Below are positions 39,657-49,685 of a DNA stretch of 64,000 bases, piece by piece. Within the stretch, counting starts at the first letter, position 1; each line of letters starts with the position of its first letter. The position numbers and the translations under genes are program-made. Source of the DNA: Candidatus Obscuribacterales bacterium (GTDB lineage Bacteria; Cyanobacteriota; Vampirovibrionia; Obscuribacterales; Obscuribacteraceae). The notes under the pieces were generated by a model. It had not been told where the DNA came from. It saw nothing but the letters and a program-made list of their open reading frames with translations, and made no database searches. The stretch is from the NCBI GenBank assembly GCA_965228855.1, contig CBDDIJ010000003.1, forward strand, positions 3,232,001 through 3,296,000. The letters are read 5' to 3'.

Positions 39657-40733
39657 ATGGCCATCGCATTTGCACTAGCCTTAGTTTTTCCAACAACGAA
39701 CGAAACGTTGGCCCAACCAGCCGATCTAAAAGATCCCAAAGTCCTGGATAGACTTAACAGACTCGAGTACCTACTGTTAGGTGGGGTAGATACCGAGCAA
39801 TCAATTGAAGTTCGTGTTGATAGACTATGGAAATTTTACTTCAAGAGAAACAGCAATAAAGGAATACCAATCAATGTTCAGCTAGAACAGGTCTTTCGGA
39901 CCGCCAATGTGAAGGAGCTTGACACTCCTCCTTTTGTAGGTGGCTTTTCGTTCCAATCGCCAGGAGAGACGCGCCCACAAGGTCGCTCCAAACCACGACG
40001 ACAGGAACTTTTCAACGATGCGGGAGGCTCGCAGCTAACGACGCCATACTCAAAACATGTCGATACGGACCTAGACACCGCACCAAATATAGTACCGACT
40101 CCAAAACCAGAAAGACAGCCGCTCTCGCTCAAGGATACAAAGAATTTCGTGTTCCTTCTTGATTGTTCCAGATCAATGCAGGAGAAATCTCTCGGACGAG
40201 AAAATAAGATTGAGGTAGCGAAGACACTCATAATCAAGGCCCTGTCGATAATACCTAAAGACCTTCGTTGTGAACTTCGTGTCTTCGGTCAAGAAGAGTC
40301 CATTCCGGGCTTAGAGTGCAGCGCCACCAAGATATTGGTCCCACTCAAAGAAAATCAACGGAAACAGATAAGCCAGGCACTAAGTCTAGTCAAACCTTTT
40401 GGAATGACTCCTCTTACCTACAGCCTGGCAAACGTTTTTGAGAGAGACTTAGCTAAAGTTTCGGGCTCGACCGTGGTCGTGCTAATCAGCGATGGTTCCG
40501 ACACTTGCGGACTCAATCCTGCAGCATATGTTCAAACGCTTAGCTCTCGTGCGGTTCCGCCCCCTCAAATTGCAGTAGCATCATTTGTTTGGAAAACTGA
40601 CAAGCAATCTGTTAGGATGCTTAAATCTCTCGCGAGATCGACCGGGGGAGAGTATTATGACAACACGGAGTTCGAGGATTTCTTCAAAGCGCTCGAAACA
40701 TTGCGCGATACAGAATCAACAACAACGAATTAG
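39657..40733 (+). CDS. von Willebrand factor A domain protein
   Basis: MIDAS residues LLDCSRSM, GMTPL and LISDGSDTCG. Confidence 0.92.
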   Translation: MAIAFALALVFPTTNETLAQPADLKDPKVLDRLNRLEYLLLGGVDTEQSIEVRVDRLWKFYFKRNSNKGIPINVQLEQVFRTANVKELDTPPFVGGFSFQSPGETRPQGRSKPRRQELFNDAGGSQLTTPYSKHVDTDLDTAPNIVPTPKPERQPLSLKDTKNFVFLLDCSRSMQEKSLGRENKIEVAKTLIIKALSIIPKDLRCELRVFGQEESIPGLECSATKILVPLKENQRKQISQALSLVKPFGMTPLTYSLANVFERDLAKVSGSTVVVLISDGSDTCGLNPAAYVQTLSSRAVPPPQIAVASFVWKTDKQSVRMLKSLARSTGGEYYDNTEFEDFFKALETLRDTESTTTN

Positions 40734-40811
40734 AGTCGCAAAAGTGACCGGCTGGTCTCTCGGGCGGCTAGAATACTTTGACCTATCTTTTGCCTTAGCG
40801 GGTCATCTATT

Positions 40812-41642
40812 GTGAATATTCAAACAAAAGCTCAGATCGCAAAGCTCACGTTAGCGCTGCTAACGCTTGTCGCGACGCTGTTTCTGCTCGCGCTTGTCGT
40901 AATCGTTGTTTGCGCCGGATTCCAGATCAACCCGTTTAAGCAGGAGACCACCACTTTTTTGTGGTTCGCATTCGTCGGTTTAATAGGACTTGCCACCATG
41001 CTAGTTCTTCTTAACGTCGCGACAAACATTAGTTTGATCGCCGATGCGAAAATTGCAGAGCTGAAACTCGAAAGCAATCCGAGACTTATAAAGAAATACG
41101 TGATCGGCCTATGCCTTGCCGTCATGGGAATAGTGGCATTCATCTTTGTCGGTACTAGCTTGTCGCAACAAAACGAACTCAATAACGTCAGAGCAAAAGC
41201 CGATGAGGTGCTCAAAGAGAACGATAAAAGCATTACCGATATTGCAGCAGCACTCGCATCCGGTCAAAGTGATGATTACACACGAATTTCGCAAATATGC
41301 AGATTTCTACAAGAGCGTCGACGAGGGCTACCGAGAGTTTCCGTCATTTACTCCGGCAAGTTCGAGGACAAACCTGCACTCTTTCAGATACAGAGTGGTC
41401 ACCGCTCGATAGTCAATCCGGAGAAATACGACCCGGAATATTTTTCCTGTACTCAGGACTTCGATTGCGATTACTTGAACAGTTTCTTTGCAGGAAAAAA
41501 CGTAGCAGTCATGCAGAAATTCTCGAAAGAAGATCAAAACGCTTTCTGCATTTACATTCCTATAGTTCGCAAGGATACACGTTTCATTTTGACATTCGAC
41601 AGACGTAACTATTATCCCAATTATGGTTCGTTTGCTTCATGA
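40812..41642 (+). CDS. Hypothetical membrane protein (3 TM plus soluble domain)
   Basis: Three hydrophobic segments followed by a polar domain. Confidence 0.7.
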   Translation: MNIQTKAQIAKLTLALLTLVATLFLLALVVIVVCAGFQINPFKQETTTFLWFAFVGLIGLATMLVLLNVATNISLIADAKIAELKLESNPRLIKKYVIGLCLAVMGIVAFIFVGTSLSQQNELNNVRAKADEVLKENDKSITDIAAALASGQSDDYTRISQICRFLQERRRGLPRVSVIYSGKFEDKPALFQIQSGHRSIVNPEKYDPEYFSCTQDFDCDYLNSFFAGKNVAVMQKFSKEDQNAFCIYIPIVRKDTRFILTFDRRNYYPNYGSFAS

Positions 41643-41812
41643 GAAGGCGCAATCGACCCCTGCAGCGCAGACTGCACTCGCAAGGCTCCCACTCCCCCTG
41701 AACAAGTCAGTCGGAGCAATGACCGTTCACCTTATAGACAGCACCAATGCAGTTAAGGTGCCAAGTACCTGAGATATAATCAGAAAACAAAAAGCATTCG
41801 CCTCAGGACCAT

Positions 41813-42919
41813 TTGACCTTGGGATCATCAAACCGGCTTATCATCGAAGAGCTTGTCGACCTCTATAGCGTAGACGACTCTGCAAGCAGCTATGACAGCC
41901 ATCCGGCAAGAGAGCAAAAACTTGCTTCCCTGACGACGGATCAACTCGGCGAGCTGGAAACTTCAATCAACTTCATGATTACGTCGGAAGATGCGTCGCA
42001 ACTTTCGGTCGCTGAAAACATCATGTTGGACTTGCTAGTCTTCACCAACGTCGGTGTAGATTCTTTAATTGTGAGAATGATCATGGCACAAGGATACATC
42101 GCAGAGTCTCTCTTTCGGGGCGGCGGCGCATCAACCAAAGACCTTTTACGAAATATCCTGCCATCAAATCCAGACTTGGGATTGATAGGATTGGCTTGGA
42201 TTGCAGATTCCGAGGTTGTATCCCAATTTGCTGAGTGGAAACAAATACCGCCGTCGTGGGCGACTCAAATCAATCTTCCGGCGCACGAATATAGTTATGT
42301 AGGTGGTTGGGAGCTCACAGCAGACAACCAGAAACGAGATCTTTTTTCAAAAACGTGTTTCGGCGTGACGCGAAGTCAATCGACGGGGACAAAATCCGGT
42401 GATAATCAGACGACCTGCATTCATTGCCGCAGACCCCTCTTCACGACAATACTTGATGCACACTACTTGAACCGCCTGTATTCGATAGCAGTTCCTGTAG
42501 ACCACTTTGAGATCCCTTTTTGCGATCTCTGCACGGGGTCAGTCGTAATGTATTCAACAATTCGTGAAAGCGGTCGTGGTCAGATCGTAGAGCGCGCCTT
42601 GCGTTCCGAGGATGTCCCACAGTGGTACTTTGATGCAGATGCAGATGGTGGTTTAGTCGAGCTTGCAGTGGACACAGAAGCTAGAGATCCGTTTTATGCA
42701 GCACAAGCATTCGCCAGGAAGACATGCTCACAGATCGGTGGTCATCCCACATGGTTGCAGGATGCGAAGTATCCAAAGTGTTCAGGATGCGGGAGAACCA
42801 TGCTATTTTTGATGCAGATCGATACCGATGAATTTGAAAATCTTTATCCCGGAACCTTCTACACATTCACCTGCGATTTGTGCCCGAATCGGCTAGCGGT
42901 GTGTAAGCAACACACATAA
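41813..42919 (+). CDS. DUF1963/YwqG-like C-terminal domain protein with Cys pairs
   Basis: SQIGGHPTWLQDAKYPKCSGCGRTMLFLMQID; additional CxxC pairs. Confidence 0.75.
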   Translation: MTLGSSNRLIIEELVDLYSVDDSASSYDSHPAREQKLASLTTDQLGELETSINFMITSEDASQLSVAENIMLDLLVFTNVGVDSLIVRMIMAQGYIAESLFRGGGASTKDLLRNILPSNPDLGLIGLAWIADSEVVSQFAEWKQIPPSWATQINLPAHEYSYVGGWELTADNQKRDLFSKTCFGVTRSQSTGTKSGDNQTTCIHCRRPLFTTILDAHYLNRLYSIAVPVDHFEIPFCDLCTGSVVMYSTIRESGRGQIVERALRSEDVPQWYFDADADGGLVELAVDTEARDPFYAAQAFARKTCSQIGGHPTWLQDAKYPKCSGCGRTMLFLMQIDTDEFENLYPGTFYTFTCDLCPNRLAVCKQHT

Positions 42920-43088
42920 TGAAAGATTAAGTGAAGGGATATCAGTGACCACGCCTTCCGCGCCTGGAGCTTGGACTTTGAAGAGTTCGCGGACGAAGCG
43001 CATAGGACCGGTACATTCTGTGGTTTTAGCGGACTTTAGGTTACCGGCACGTCCAATGAAACTCTACCAAGGCGCCAAGACTGCGGCG

Positions 43089-43391
43089 CTAAGGAGCCGC
43101 ACCACCATTATCCTCAAGCTTGAGCTTGCGATCGAGAATGAAAGTACCGAATGGATAGAGCGAGGCCACGAAGACTTCGGCGATCTTCTTCCGTCCCCAC
43201 TTATGCTCAATCAGCGCGCGGAACATGGCAACCAAATAGGTGATGAAGAGAAAACCGTGAATACTGCCGACTATGGTCACAGCCAGAGGATAGCCCGCCA
43301 CGTACTTGAGCGGCATTGCAATAAATAACAATGCAATAAATGACACTCCTTCTGCTATTCCGGCTATTCGCAACTGACGAATGGTGCTCAT
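43089..43391 (-). CDS. DUF3817-family membrane protein
   Basis: AEGVSFIALLFIAMPLKY..GSIHGFLF..ASLYPFGTF; GGAGG RBS. Confidence 0.9.
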   Translation of the reverse strand: MSTIRQLRIAGIAEGVSFIALLFIAMPLKYVAGYPLAVTIVGSIHGFLFITYLVAMFRALIEHKWGRKKIAEVFVASLYPFGTFILDRKLKLEDNGGAAP

Positions 43392-43448
43392 GTTTCCTCC
43401 AGGCTCCTGTCGAGACTATTCCATATCCTCGAAACTGCCGATACGATT

Positions 43449-45296
43449 TTAATCGGTTACGACATTTGCTTCAATGCAAGTCTTGATCTCAGGCTTCGAT
43501 AGAAGTTCATCGACGGTCAGTGACGTGTTTTGAATTCGCGACAAGATCATGCCACCATAAATCCACTGCTCTTCATTGGTTAGTCCAAGATTGCCGGTTA
43601 TGCGTTGATACTCTTCCACCAGACTATCAAGTTCCTGCGCGTTATCATTCGAGGATTGTTTCCTCATCCATGCGACGATGTCCAGCACTAACGCCCGCCT
43701 CGCATCGAGCGTACTCTGAAACTTGAAGCCGATATAACTGTCCTTGTTCGCGATCATTTTGGCATAAACCTGCTCAAGCCAACGATCAAACTCCGCGCTA
43801 AAATTGTAATTCTGCAAAACCTTTTGAAGATTTTGTGCCGTCACGATCTTTGCTGCTGGTGCACCAGGATAAACATAACTGGATGACTGCCCGGCAAGCA
43901 TCTTCGCAAGACTGTCGTAATAGCCCCAGGTATTTTCTTGGCAGAGTTGCTGTTGCAATGAGGCGTCTGACTCCTTCAATAGACCGGCTCTGATAACGAA
44001 TACTTCATGAGGATTGTCGTTGCAGTCAGCAACTAAATTCAATTTCTTTTGCACGCCGACATGTTCGCCCTGGTCGATAAGCATTCCAACAATGCGACCG
44101 GAAGTTGCCTCCACGACATCGTCACCCGCTACCCAGTAGTGCATCGAATTCGGAGAAATCTTGTTGAAGTTCTCGGCGAAATTAGGATCGCCCGGAATTG
44201 GTTGAGCAAATGCAATAAGAGACATTTTGTCCCAAGACCAGCTCTTAACGTCCCGACGCAACTGGTCACCAAAACATCCTTGCGTTGCGGCACTGACAAA
44301 CTGACTGGCAAGGCCCGCACCCAAACTATGCCCGGTAACGTAGATATGCTCAGGAGCTGGATACTTCTGTTCGAGAATCTGACAGCAAGCCGTAATCGGA
44401 CCGAGCATCGTGGGCAGTGCCTCGGCGAATCCCTCGGTGACTTTACCAACCTTGCTGACTAAGGGCTTCTCCACCTGCTTGCCGCTGCGAAGATCGGTAA
44501 TCCAGTCAGGATTACCTTTAGGCGCTCCAATAAAATCCTGCGCTTTCCAAATTGTCTTGCTCAGGGCGGAGCCACTGCGGCTGCCACGAAACACAATATG
44601 AGCATCATAGCCAGTGGGCGTCTTTTGCATGAGAACAAAACCCATAATGCTCCATGCTGGGTTGGTATTACCAGCGATACCAGTGCCTCCCTCAAACGCG
44701 ATTAAGTGATCTTCACCGCTGGGATATTCGCGGATTCTGACCTCTTCCACATCATTGCAGGGGAAGCTAACTGGCTTACTTTTGTAGCGCACCACTTCAA
44801 TCTCTTTGATGTTTTCCGTTGCGTATGTAGGAGCTTGCACGGCGATAAACCGCTCTCCGTCCCGCGTAAAAGCTGGCAGTTTCACATCCAGTTGCTTGTA
44901 GTTTGTAAGTACGGGATCCAGGTTGAGATTGCTATCGCTCCAACCACGCGCGGCGTTTGGACCACTGTAAAAGCCCGTCGCCGCAATAGAAGCAGCGGCT
45001 GGTCTACCAAGCGTAGCAGCATATTCATGTGTGAATCGACAGATGTTATTGCGTCTGTCGCTGCCAATCCGAGACAAATTGTCGTACCACGGATCGAGCG
45101 GCAGACAAAGAGACTGATGATAAAGTTGATACGCAAGCGTGCATAAGTCTAGATTGATAATCGATTGCGGAATGTTCTGTAACTTAGTATCGCGAGCGAT
45201 CGCCGACGGACAAATCGAAATAGCTAAAATGAACAGGATGAAGCTAGCGACACGTCGAACGTTGACGAACCTCAGACATCTTCTGGTTGATTGCAT
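43449..45296 (-). CDS. Exported lipase class 3 family alpha/beta hydrolase
   Basis: IVFRGS, DWITDL and YVTGHSLGAGLAS; signal peptide. Confidence 0.88.
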   Translation of the reverse strand: MQSTRRCLRFVNVRRVASFILFILAISICPSAIARDTKLQNIPQSIINLDLCTLAYQLYHQSLCLPLDPWYDNLSRIGSDRRNNICRFTHEYAATLGRPAAASIAATGFYSGPNAARGWSDSNLNLDPVLTNYKQLDVKLPAFTRDGERFIAVQAPTYATENIKEIEVVRYKSKPVSFPCNDVEEVRIREYPSGEDHLIAFEGGTGIAGNTNPAWSIMGFVLMQKTPTGYDAHIVFRGSRSGSALSKTIWKAQDFIGAPKGNPDWITDLRSGKQVEKPLVSKVGKVTEGFAEALPTMLGPITACCQILEQKYPAPEHIYVTGHSLGAGLASQFVSAATQGCFGDQLRRDVKSWSWDKMSLIAFAQPIPGDPNFAENFNKISPNSMHYWVAGDDVVEATSGRIVGMLIDQGEHVGVQKKLNLVADCNDNPHEVFVIRAGLLKESDASLQQQLCQENTWGYYDSLAKMLAGQSSSYVYPGAPAAKIVTAQNLQKVLQNYNFSAEFDRWLEQVYAKMIANKDSYIGFKFQSTLDARRALVLDIVAWMRKQSSNDNAQELDSLVEEYQRITGNLGLTNEEQWIYGGMILSRIQNTSLTVDELLSKPEIKTCIEANVVTD

Positions 45297-45386
45297 TACT
45301 TAATCTCGTTTCATTAGAAACTGAGATTATATACGAGTTGGGGCTGCGGCTTCTCGACCATCACTTGACTGACTGGATTGCGATTT

Positions 45387-46085
45387 TCAGCCATCGCCCT
45401 GCGTTTCTGACCTTAACTCTATCCAGACTTCGTTTCGTCGAAGGAAAGGCAGTGTCCACGGTGGATTGTAGACGGCAAGAACGGGCTCGCCGGCAGTGAC
45501 AAAACCGTTTGCTTCGATGAAACCTTGCAATCGTTTTATTTCACGTTCCACTCTATGTTCGTCCGTCAGTCCAGAGAATCTAATTGTCGCGTACGAACAA
45601 GCTGGAATCACTTCGAATTGTATGCGCTTGTCTTCGGGTTCCGGCAGCGTGTCCAGATCGTATTTAGAAGGCATGAAAAACTTCATGGTCATGCCTTTTC
45701 CAGAGGTCGTCTTGGTCACGGGTACCGTCATAGCGATTTTTTCCGGCGCAACTTCCTGTGTCACAGGTACAGTCATGGCAATCTTCTTGCTCGATTTGTT
45801 CTTGCCAAAGATGTAGCCGGCCAGTACTCCGAAGGCGCGGTTGGCCATCTTGTTACTGTCTTCGCCCGTGACTGTAACCGATGCCGCTACCACTCTCGGA
45901 TACTTTCTTACTTCGAATTCGTTTTCCTTTTTGACGCTCTGCCAGCCTGGCTCTTCATATTTAGCATCGGCATTGCCTGACATAACTGATGCGATACCGG
46001 CTATCCCAGCAATTCCAGCAGCAAGCAGGAGAATCGATTTGCCTTTCATTGGTAACGACCTCGAAATAGACCTATCTCCTTTCAT
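45387..46085 (-). CDS. SOUL-family heme-binding protein
   Basis: FEVRKYP, AFGVLAGYIFGKN..KIAMTVPV (duplicated) and YNPPWTLPFLRRNEV; signal-like N-terminus. Confidence 0.93.
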   Translation of the reverse strand: MKGDRSISRSLPMKGKSILLLAAGIAGIAGIASVMSGNADAKYEEPGWQSVKKENEFEVRKYPRVVAASVTVTGEDSNKMANRAFGVLAGYIFGKNKSSKKIAMTVPVTQEVAPEKIAMTVPVTKTTSGKGMTMKFFMPSKYDLDTLPEPEDKRIQFEVIPACSYATIRFSGLTDEHRVEREIKRLQGFIEANGFVTAGEPVLAVYNPPWTLPFLRRNEVWIELRSETQGDG

Positions 46086-46360
46086 TCTGCGTCAACGAAG
46101 TGAGTTTTGCGTGAACAGCAGTCATCCGAATCATGAGCAACACCCCTGCAGTTGGGTCCTAAGTTGGGCTTGTAGCTGGACTCGCACCATCGGCGGTGTC
46201 GAAATATACGGCTTCAGACTCCGTTCTACATTTTTAGCCGTTCTCACCCTCTGTCCGCGCTCAGTTCGTTAGAAACGCTTTGTTGCTAATCGTCCGAAGG
46301 AAGGATGATTATCATCGCCAACACAGCGACAATTTCAGGGTATTTTGATGGAGGCAATTC

Positions 46361-46786
46361 ATGAGTGCTTGGCGCATCGCTATTTGTATCGTTTTGTTTG
46401 CGGTGGTCGCCGACACCGCCGCAACAGCAGCGGATCGCGTGAAGGCGAATCCCAAAACGACAGGCAAGTCGGTTTATATGGCTCGCTGCGAGGCTTGCCA
46501 TATGATGGGTATGAACGTCATTAAGCCTGGCAAAGACATCGTTGTTTCCAATAAACTGGTGAGCCTTGATGAATTTAAGGAGTTCCTCTCTGAACCTCAC
46601 GGAGTGATGCCGGCGTTTAAGGAACTAGCGAGTGATTCTGAGACTGTCAAAGCCTTATATGGATTCACGAAAAAACTAAAACATCAGAACTGGACCTACT
46701 ATCCCCCGCTCGAGAATCAGCCGGAAGAGCCCGCTCAGCCACAAAAGAAGCAAAAACCCGGCGACAATCAGAAGCCCGCGGGCTAA
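46361..46786 (+). CDS. Monoheme class I cytochrome c (c6-like)
   Basis: Signal peptide; G.SVY..RCEACH..G.NVIKPGK..GVMPAF (Met axial ligand). Confidence 0.9.
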   Translation: MSAWRIAICIVLFAVVADTAATAADRVKANPKTTGKSVYMARCEACHMMGMNVIKPGKDIVVSNKLVSLDEFKEFLSEPHGVMPAFKELASDSETVKALYGFTKKLKHQNWTYYPPLENQPEEPAQPQKKQKPGDNQKPAG

Positions 46787-46970
46787 AATCGGGGCATCAT
46801 CCTACCGGTTGATTTTTTATCGCATTCAGCCCCTTGCACGCAGAATGCACCGCCAAAATCATCCCTTTGGTGGAATTAAATGAGCCAACGAAGGGCTATA
46901 TTCTTAGCATTGGTACGTGCGAATGTTTCAAGGAGTCCCGCCAAGGCAATCAAGCCGAAGCAAAATAGCT

Positions 46971-48257
46971 ATGTCACATCTGGTAGTCTGCGGTCTTAAC
47001 TATAGTTCTTCTCCGCTCACCATTCGCGAGAAGTTCGCCATTCCCGAGTCCTGCGTTAAGCATGCATTGCGCATGTTGTCGGAATATCCGGAAATTGAAG
47101 AATCCGTTCTCCTTTCTACTTGCAATCGAACTGAAGTCTACGCAGTCGTGACAGACGTAGAAGCAGGTCTGAAACGTCTGGACGAGTTTTTCAAACACGT
47201 ACGCCAGATAGCGGATCATGAATCATTGAAACCCAACTTTCGATTACTAAGAGATGACGTCTGCTTACATTTGTTCCGCGTCGCCTCCGGACTAAACAGC
47301 ATGGTGTTTGGCGAAGCGCAAATCATCTCACAAATCAAAAAGGCGCACGAAGCGGCATCGCAGACCGGCAACTCTGGTGTGGTTTTAAACAGATTATTTC
47401 AATTGGCTCTGGAAACCGGGAAAAGAGTTCGAATGGAAACCTCGATCGGCAGACGCGCAATGTCGATCAGCTCGGTCGCTGTGGAACTTGCGAAAAAACA
47501 GATCAACCTGAATGCTAATTTCGAAGTCACCGTGATTGGTGCAGGCACCATGGCACAGGAGTGCATTTGGCATCTGCAAAAGGTCAAGCAAGCAGAGCCA
47601 CTTTTCGTCTCCAATAGGTCTGCCGAGCGACTCCGCGAGCTCGATAAACAGTACGGTGACCGCGTTAAAACCGATTCCAATTTCGCTGCGATTGCAAACC
47701 GAGTCGCTCGCTCCAGATTGATTCTTGTCGCCACAAGCGCTCCGCAGTATGTTTTGAGATATGAAGAACTGTTGGCAGCTCTTGAAAAGAGCGGTGCTCG
47801 GCGCGATCTTTTGATTGTCGACTTATCAGTACCAAGGAATGTCGATCCCCGAATAGCCACCATTCCTGGTGTCACGCTGAAACATGCTGAGGATTTAAGC
47901 TATATCCTGTCGCGTAACAAGGAAGAACGGCAGGCGCTCTCCGGCGAAGCCGAAACCATCGTCTTCGAAATGCTCGAGAAGTTTCAAATCTGGCAAAATA
48001 CCAGAGCCGTTGTTCCAACAATCGTAAAGATGAGACAACGGCTTGAATCGATTCGGCAGCATCATTTGGACAAGAAGAATGATTCAGTCGGCGGCGCGGA
48101 TGATGAGGAAATTAGCCGAATCGTAGTCAACCAGATACTGCATGGACCCACTGTTGGGCTCAAGTCCACAAAAAATAGAAGATTGCAACAGAGACGGGCA
48201 GAGCTTTTGGAAGAACTATTCGAACTTAATTCCAGATGTGATGGACGGCGGGCCTAG
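46971..48257 (+). CDS. hemA: Glutamyl-tRNA reductase
   Basis: LSTCNRTEVY, HLFRVASGLNSMVFGEAQI, IGAGTMA and DLSVPRNVDP; likely ATG start at 46971. Confidence 0.96.
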   Translation: MSHLVVCGLNYSSSPLTIREKFAIPESCVKHALRMLSEYPEIEESVLLSTCNRTEVYAVVTDVEAGLKRLDEFFKHVRQIADHESLKPNFRLLRDDVCLHLFRVASGLNSMVFGEAQIISQIKKAHEAASQTGNSGVVLNRLFQLALETGKRVRMETSIGRRAMSISSVAVELAKKQINLNANFEVTVIGAGTMAQECIWHLQKVKQAEPLFVSNRSAERLRELDKQYGDRVKTDSNFAAIANRVARSRLILVATSAPQYVLRYEELLAALEKSGARRDLLIVDLSVPRNVDPRIATIPGVTLKHAEDLSYILSRNKEERQALSGEAETIVFEMLEKFQIWQNTRAVVPTIVKMRQRLESIRQHHLDKKNDSVGGADDEEISRIVVNQILHGPTVGLKSTKNRRLQQRRAELLEELFELNSRCDGRRA

Positions 48258-48284
48258 CTGAGGGACAGAAGAGAATAAGGCTCA

Positions 48285-49565
48285 CTAAGGCTGCTCGACC
48301 GGCACAAAATCCTTTTTGCTTATATGTGCATGCACCCCTTTTGTCTCATCAACAACTTGGGTAATTTCGAAGTCTGCAGCCGCACTCAAATAAGAGAGTG
48401 CAGAAGCGCTGTCCATACCCATCTTATCGACGAGAAATTTGATTGACGCGCGAACGGTTTTTTTCATAGCGGAATCAAGCGAGGGATCTAAGCCGATTGG
48501 AATCCAGTAATCCGGAGTTTCGGCAAATGGGGCGGTGAGCGGTTTTACAGGTATCTCCGGATCTCCTGCTTTCAGCAACGTTAGCCTCACCGTTGTCCTC
48601 AGTGATGCCTCCAGCGCAGTTAAAGCTACTTCTCCATCGCCTTGATTGAAGTGCGGGTCGCCCATGAAAAACATCCCGCCCTCCAATTCGATCGGAAGGA
48701 AAAGCGACGTACCAACCGTCAAATCTTTGAGATCCAGATTGCCACCGTATGACGAAGGCGGTATGGAGTTGACCTTGCTCGATGTATCGGGTGCAACTCC
48801 CATCGTCCCCATAAAAGGATTGAGTGGAAAATGGACCTGCCGGCCGGAGTCTGCTTTTACAATGCCGTACAAGGCGCCCTTGCGTTCCTCTATGGGAATA
48901 AATGTAAACACGCTTCCATATAATTCTGGATGCTCCTTATCGGCGCCCGGCTTCGGACCGTCGTTTTTTGGATATTCACCAGGCAATGCTCCCTTGCCAT
49001 GCCGATTTCCTACAATTCCATAAGGGACTCTCGGCACAAGCGAAATCATGTCGACTTTGAGAACGTCGCCTGGTTGGGCCCCTTCTATGGCAATTGGTCC
49101 CATAATTATGTGCGGCCCGTCCGTGACCATATTATGTTCGGTATTCGAGGCGCATATCTCAATTGCATCCTGAAGAACTTCGCTTTTAGGAACACCGAAC
49201 TTCCCAAAAAACTTGACAGGATCGCGGCCCTGATCCTCGACCATCCCTTCAGACGAAAGGGTATCAAACGTAATCACACTTTTCGAAGGAACGGTCAGAA
49301 TAGCCTTTGAGTTTTTATTGGGCAAGAAACCCCATTGCATTGTACTCAGGGTAGCCGGGACGTAGAAGTTACCATCAGGCAATTTGCATGGATTATCGCC
49401 CATCCTTTGCAGCACGGCGATTTTTTTCTCAGGAGAAACCTTAGCAGCCGCTCCGACATCGTCAGATGCGGCTGCACCATTGGCGGTGAGTAGCGAGCTA
49501 ATGGTCGCCACGGAACAAGCGTACAATTTAAGATCGCAAAAGAATTCGAAAACGCGTTTCTGCAT
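48285..49565 (-). CDS. Acetamidase/formamidase family protein
   Basis: GPHIIMGPIAIEGAQPGDVLKV, PFMGTMGVAP, GGNLD and GDPHFNQGDGEVALTALE; N-terminal signal-like segment. Confidence 0.93.
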   Translation of the reverse strand: MQKRVFEFFCDLKLYACSVATISSLLTANGAAASDDVGAAAKVSPEKKIAVLQRMGDNPCKLPDGNFYVPATLSTMQWGFLPNKNSKAILTVPSKSVITFDTLSSEGMVEDQGRDPVKFFGKFGVPKSEVLQDAIEICASNTEHNMVTDGPHIIMGPIAIEGAQPGDVLKVDMISLVPRVPYGIVGNRHGKGALPGEYPKNDGPKPGADKEHPELYGSVFTFIPIEERKGALYGIVKADSGRQVHFPLNPFMGTMGVAPDTSSKVNSIPPSSYGGNLDLKDLTVGTSLFLPIELEGGMFFMGDPHFNQGDGEVALTALEASLRTTVRLTLLKAGDPEIPVKPLTAPFAETPDYWIPIGLDPSLDSAMKKTVRASIKFLVDKMGMDSASALSYLSAAADFEITQVVDETKGVHAHISKKDFVPVEQP

Positions 49566-49685
49566 TAATTATGCTCCTCAATCACTCATTTGGGGGATGT
49601 CCGCCCATTGCAAGCACAGTTTCAATTGATCAGTCGACCATAACTGTTTATGCCCCAATTGAACAACTTGAATTGCAAAACATTA

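Noticed and set aside
46809..46823. FNR-like site upstream of hemA (TTGAT...ATCGC)
   Set aside because: The spacer is 5 nt rather than 4 and the right half-site is poor.
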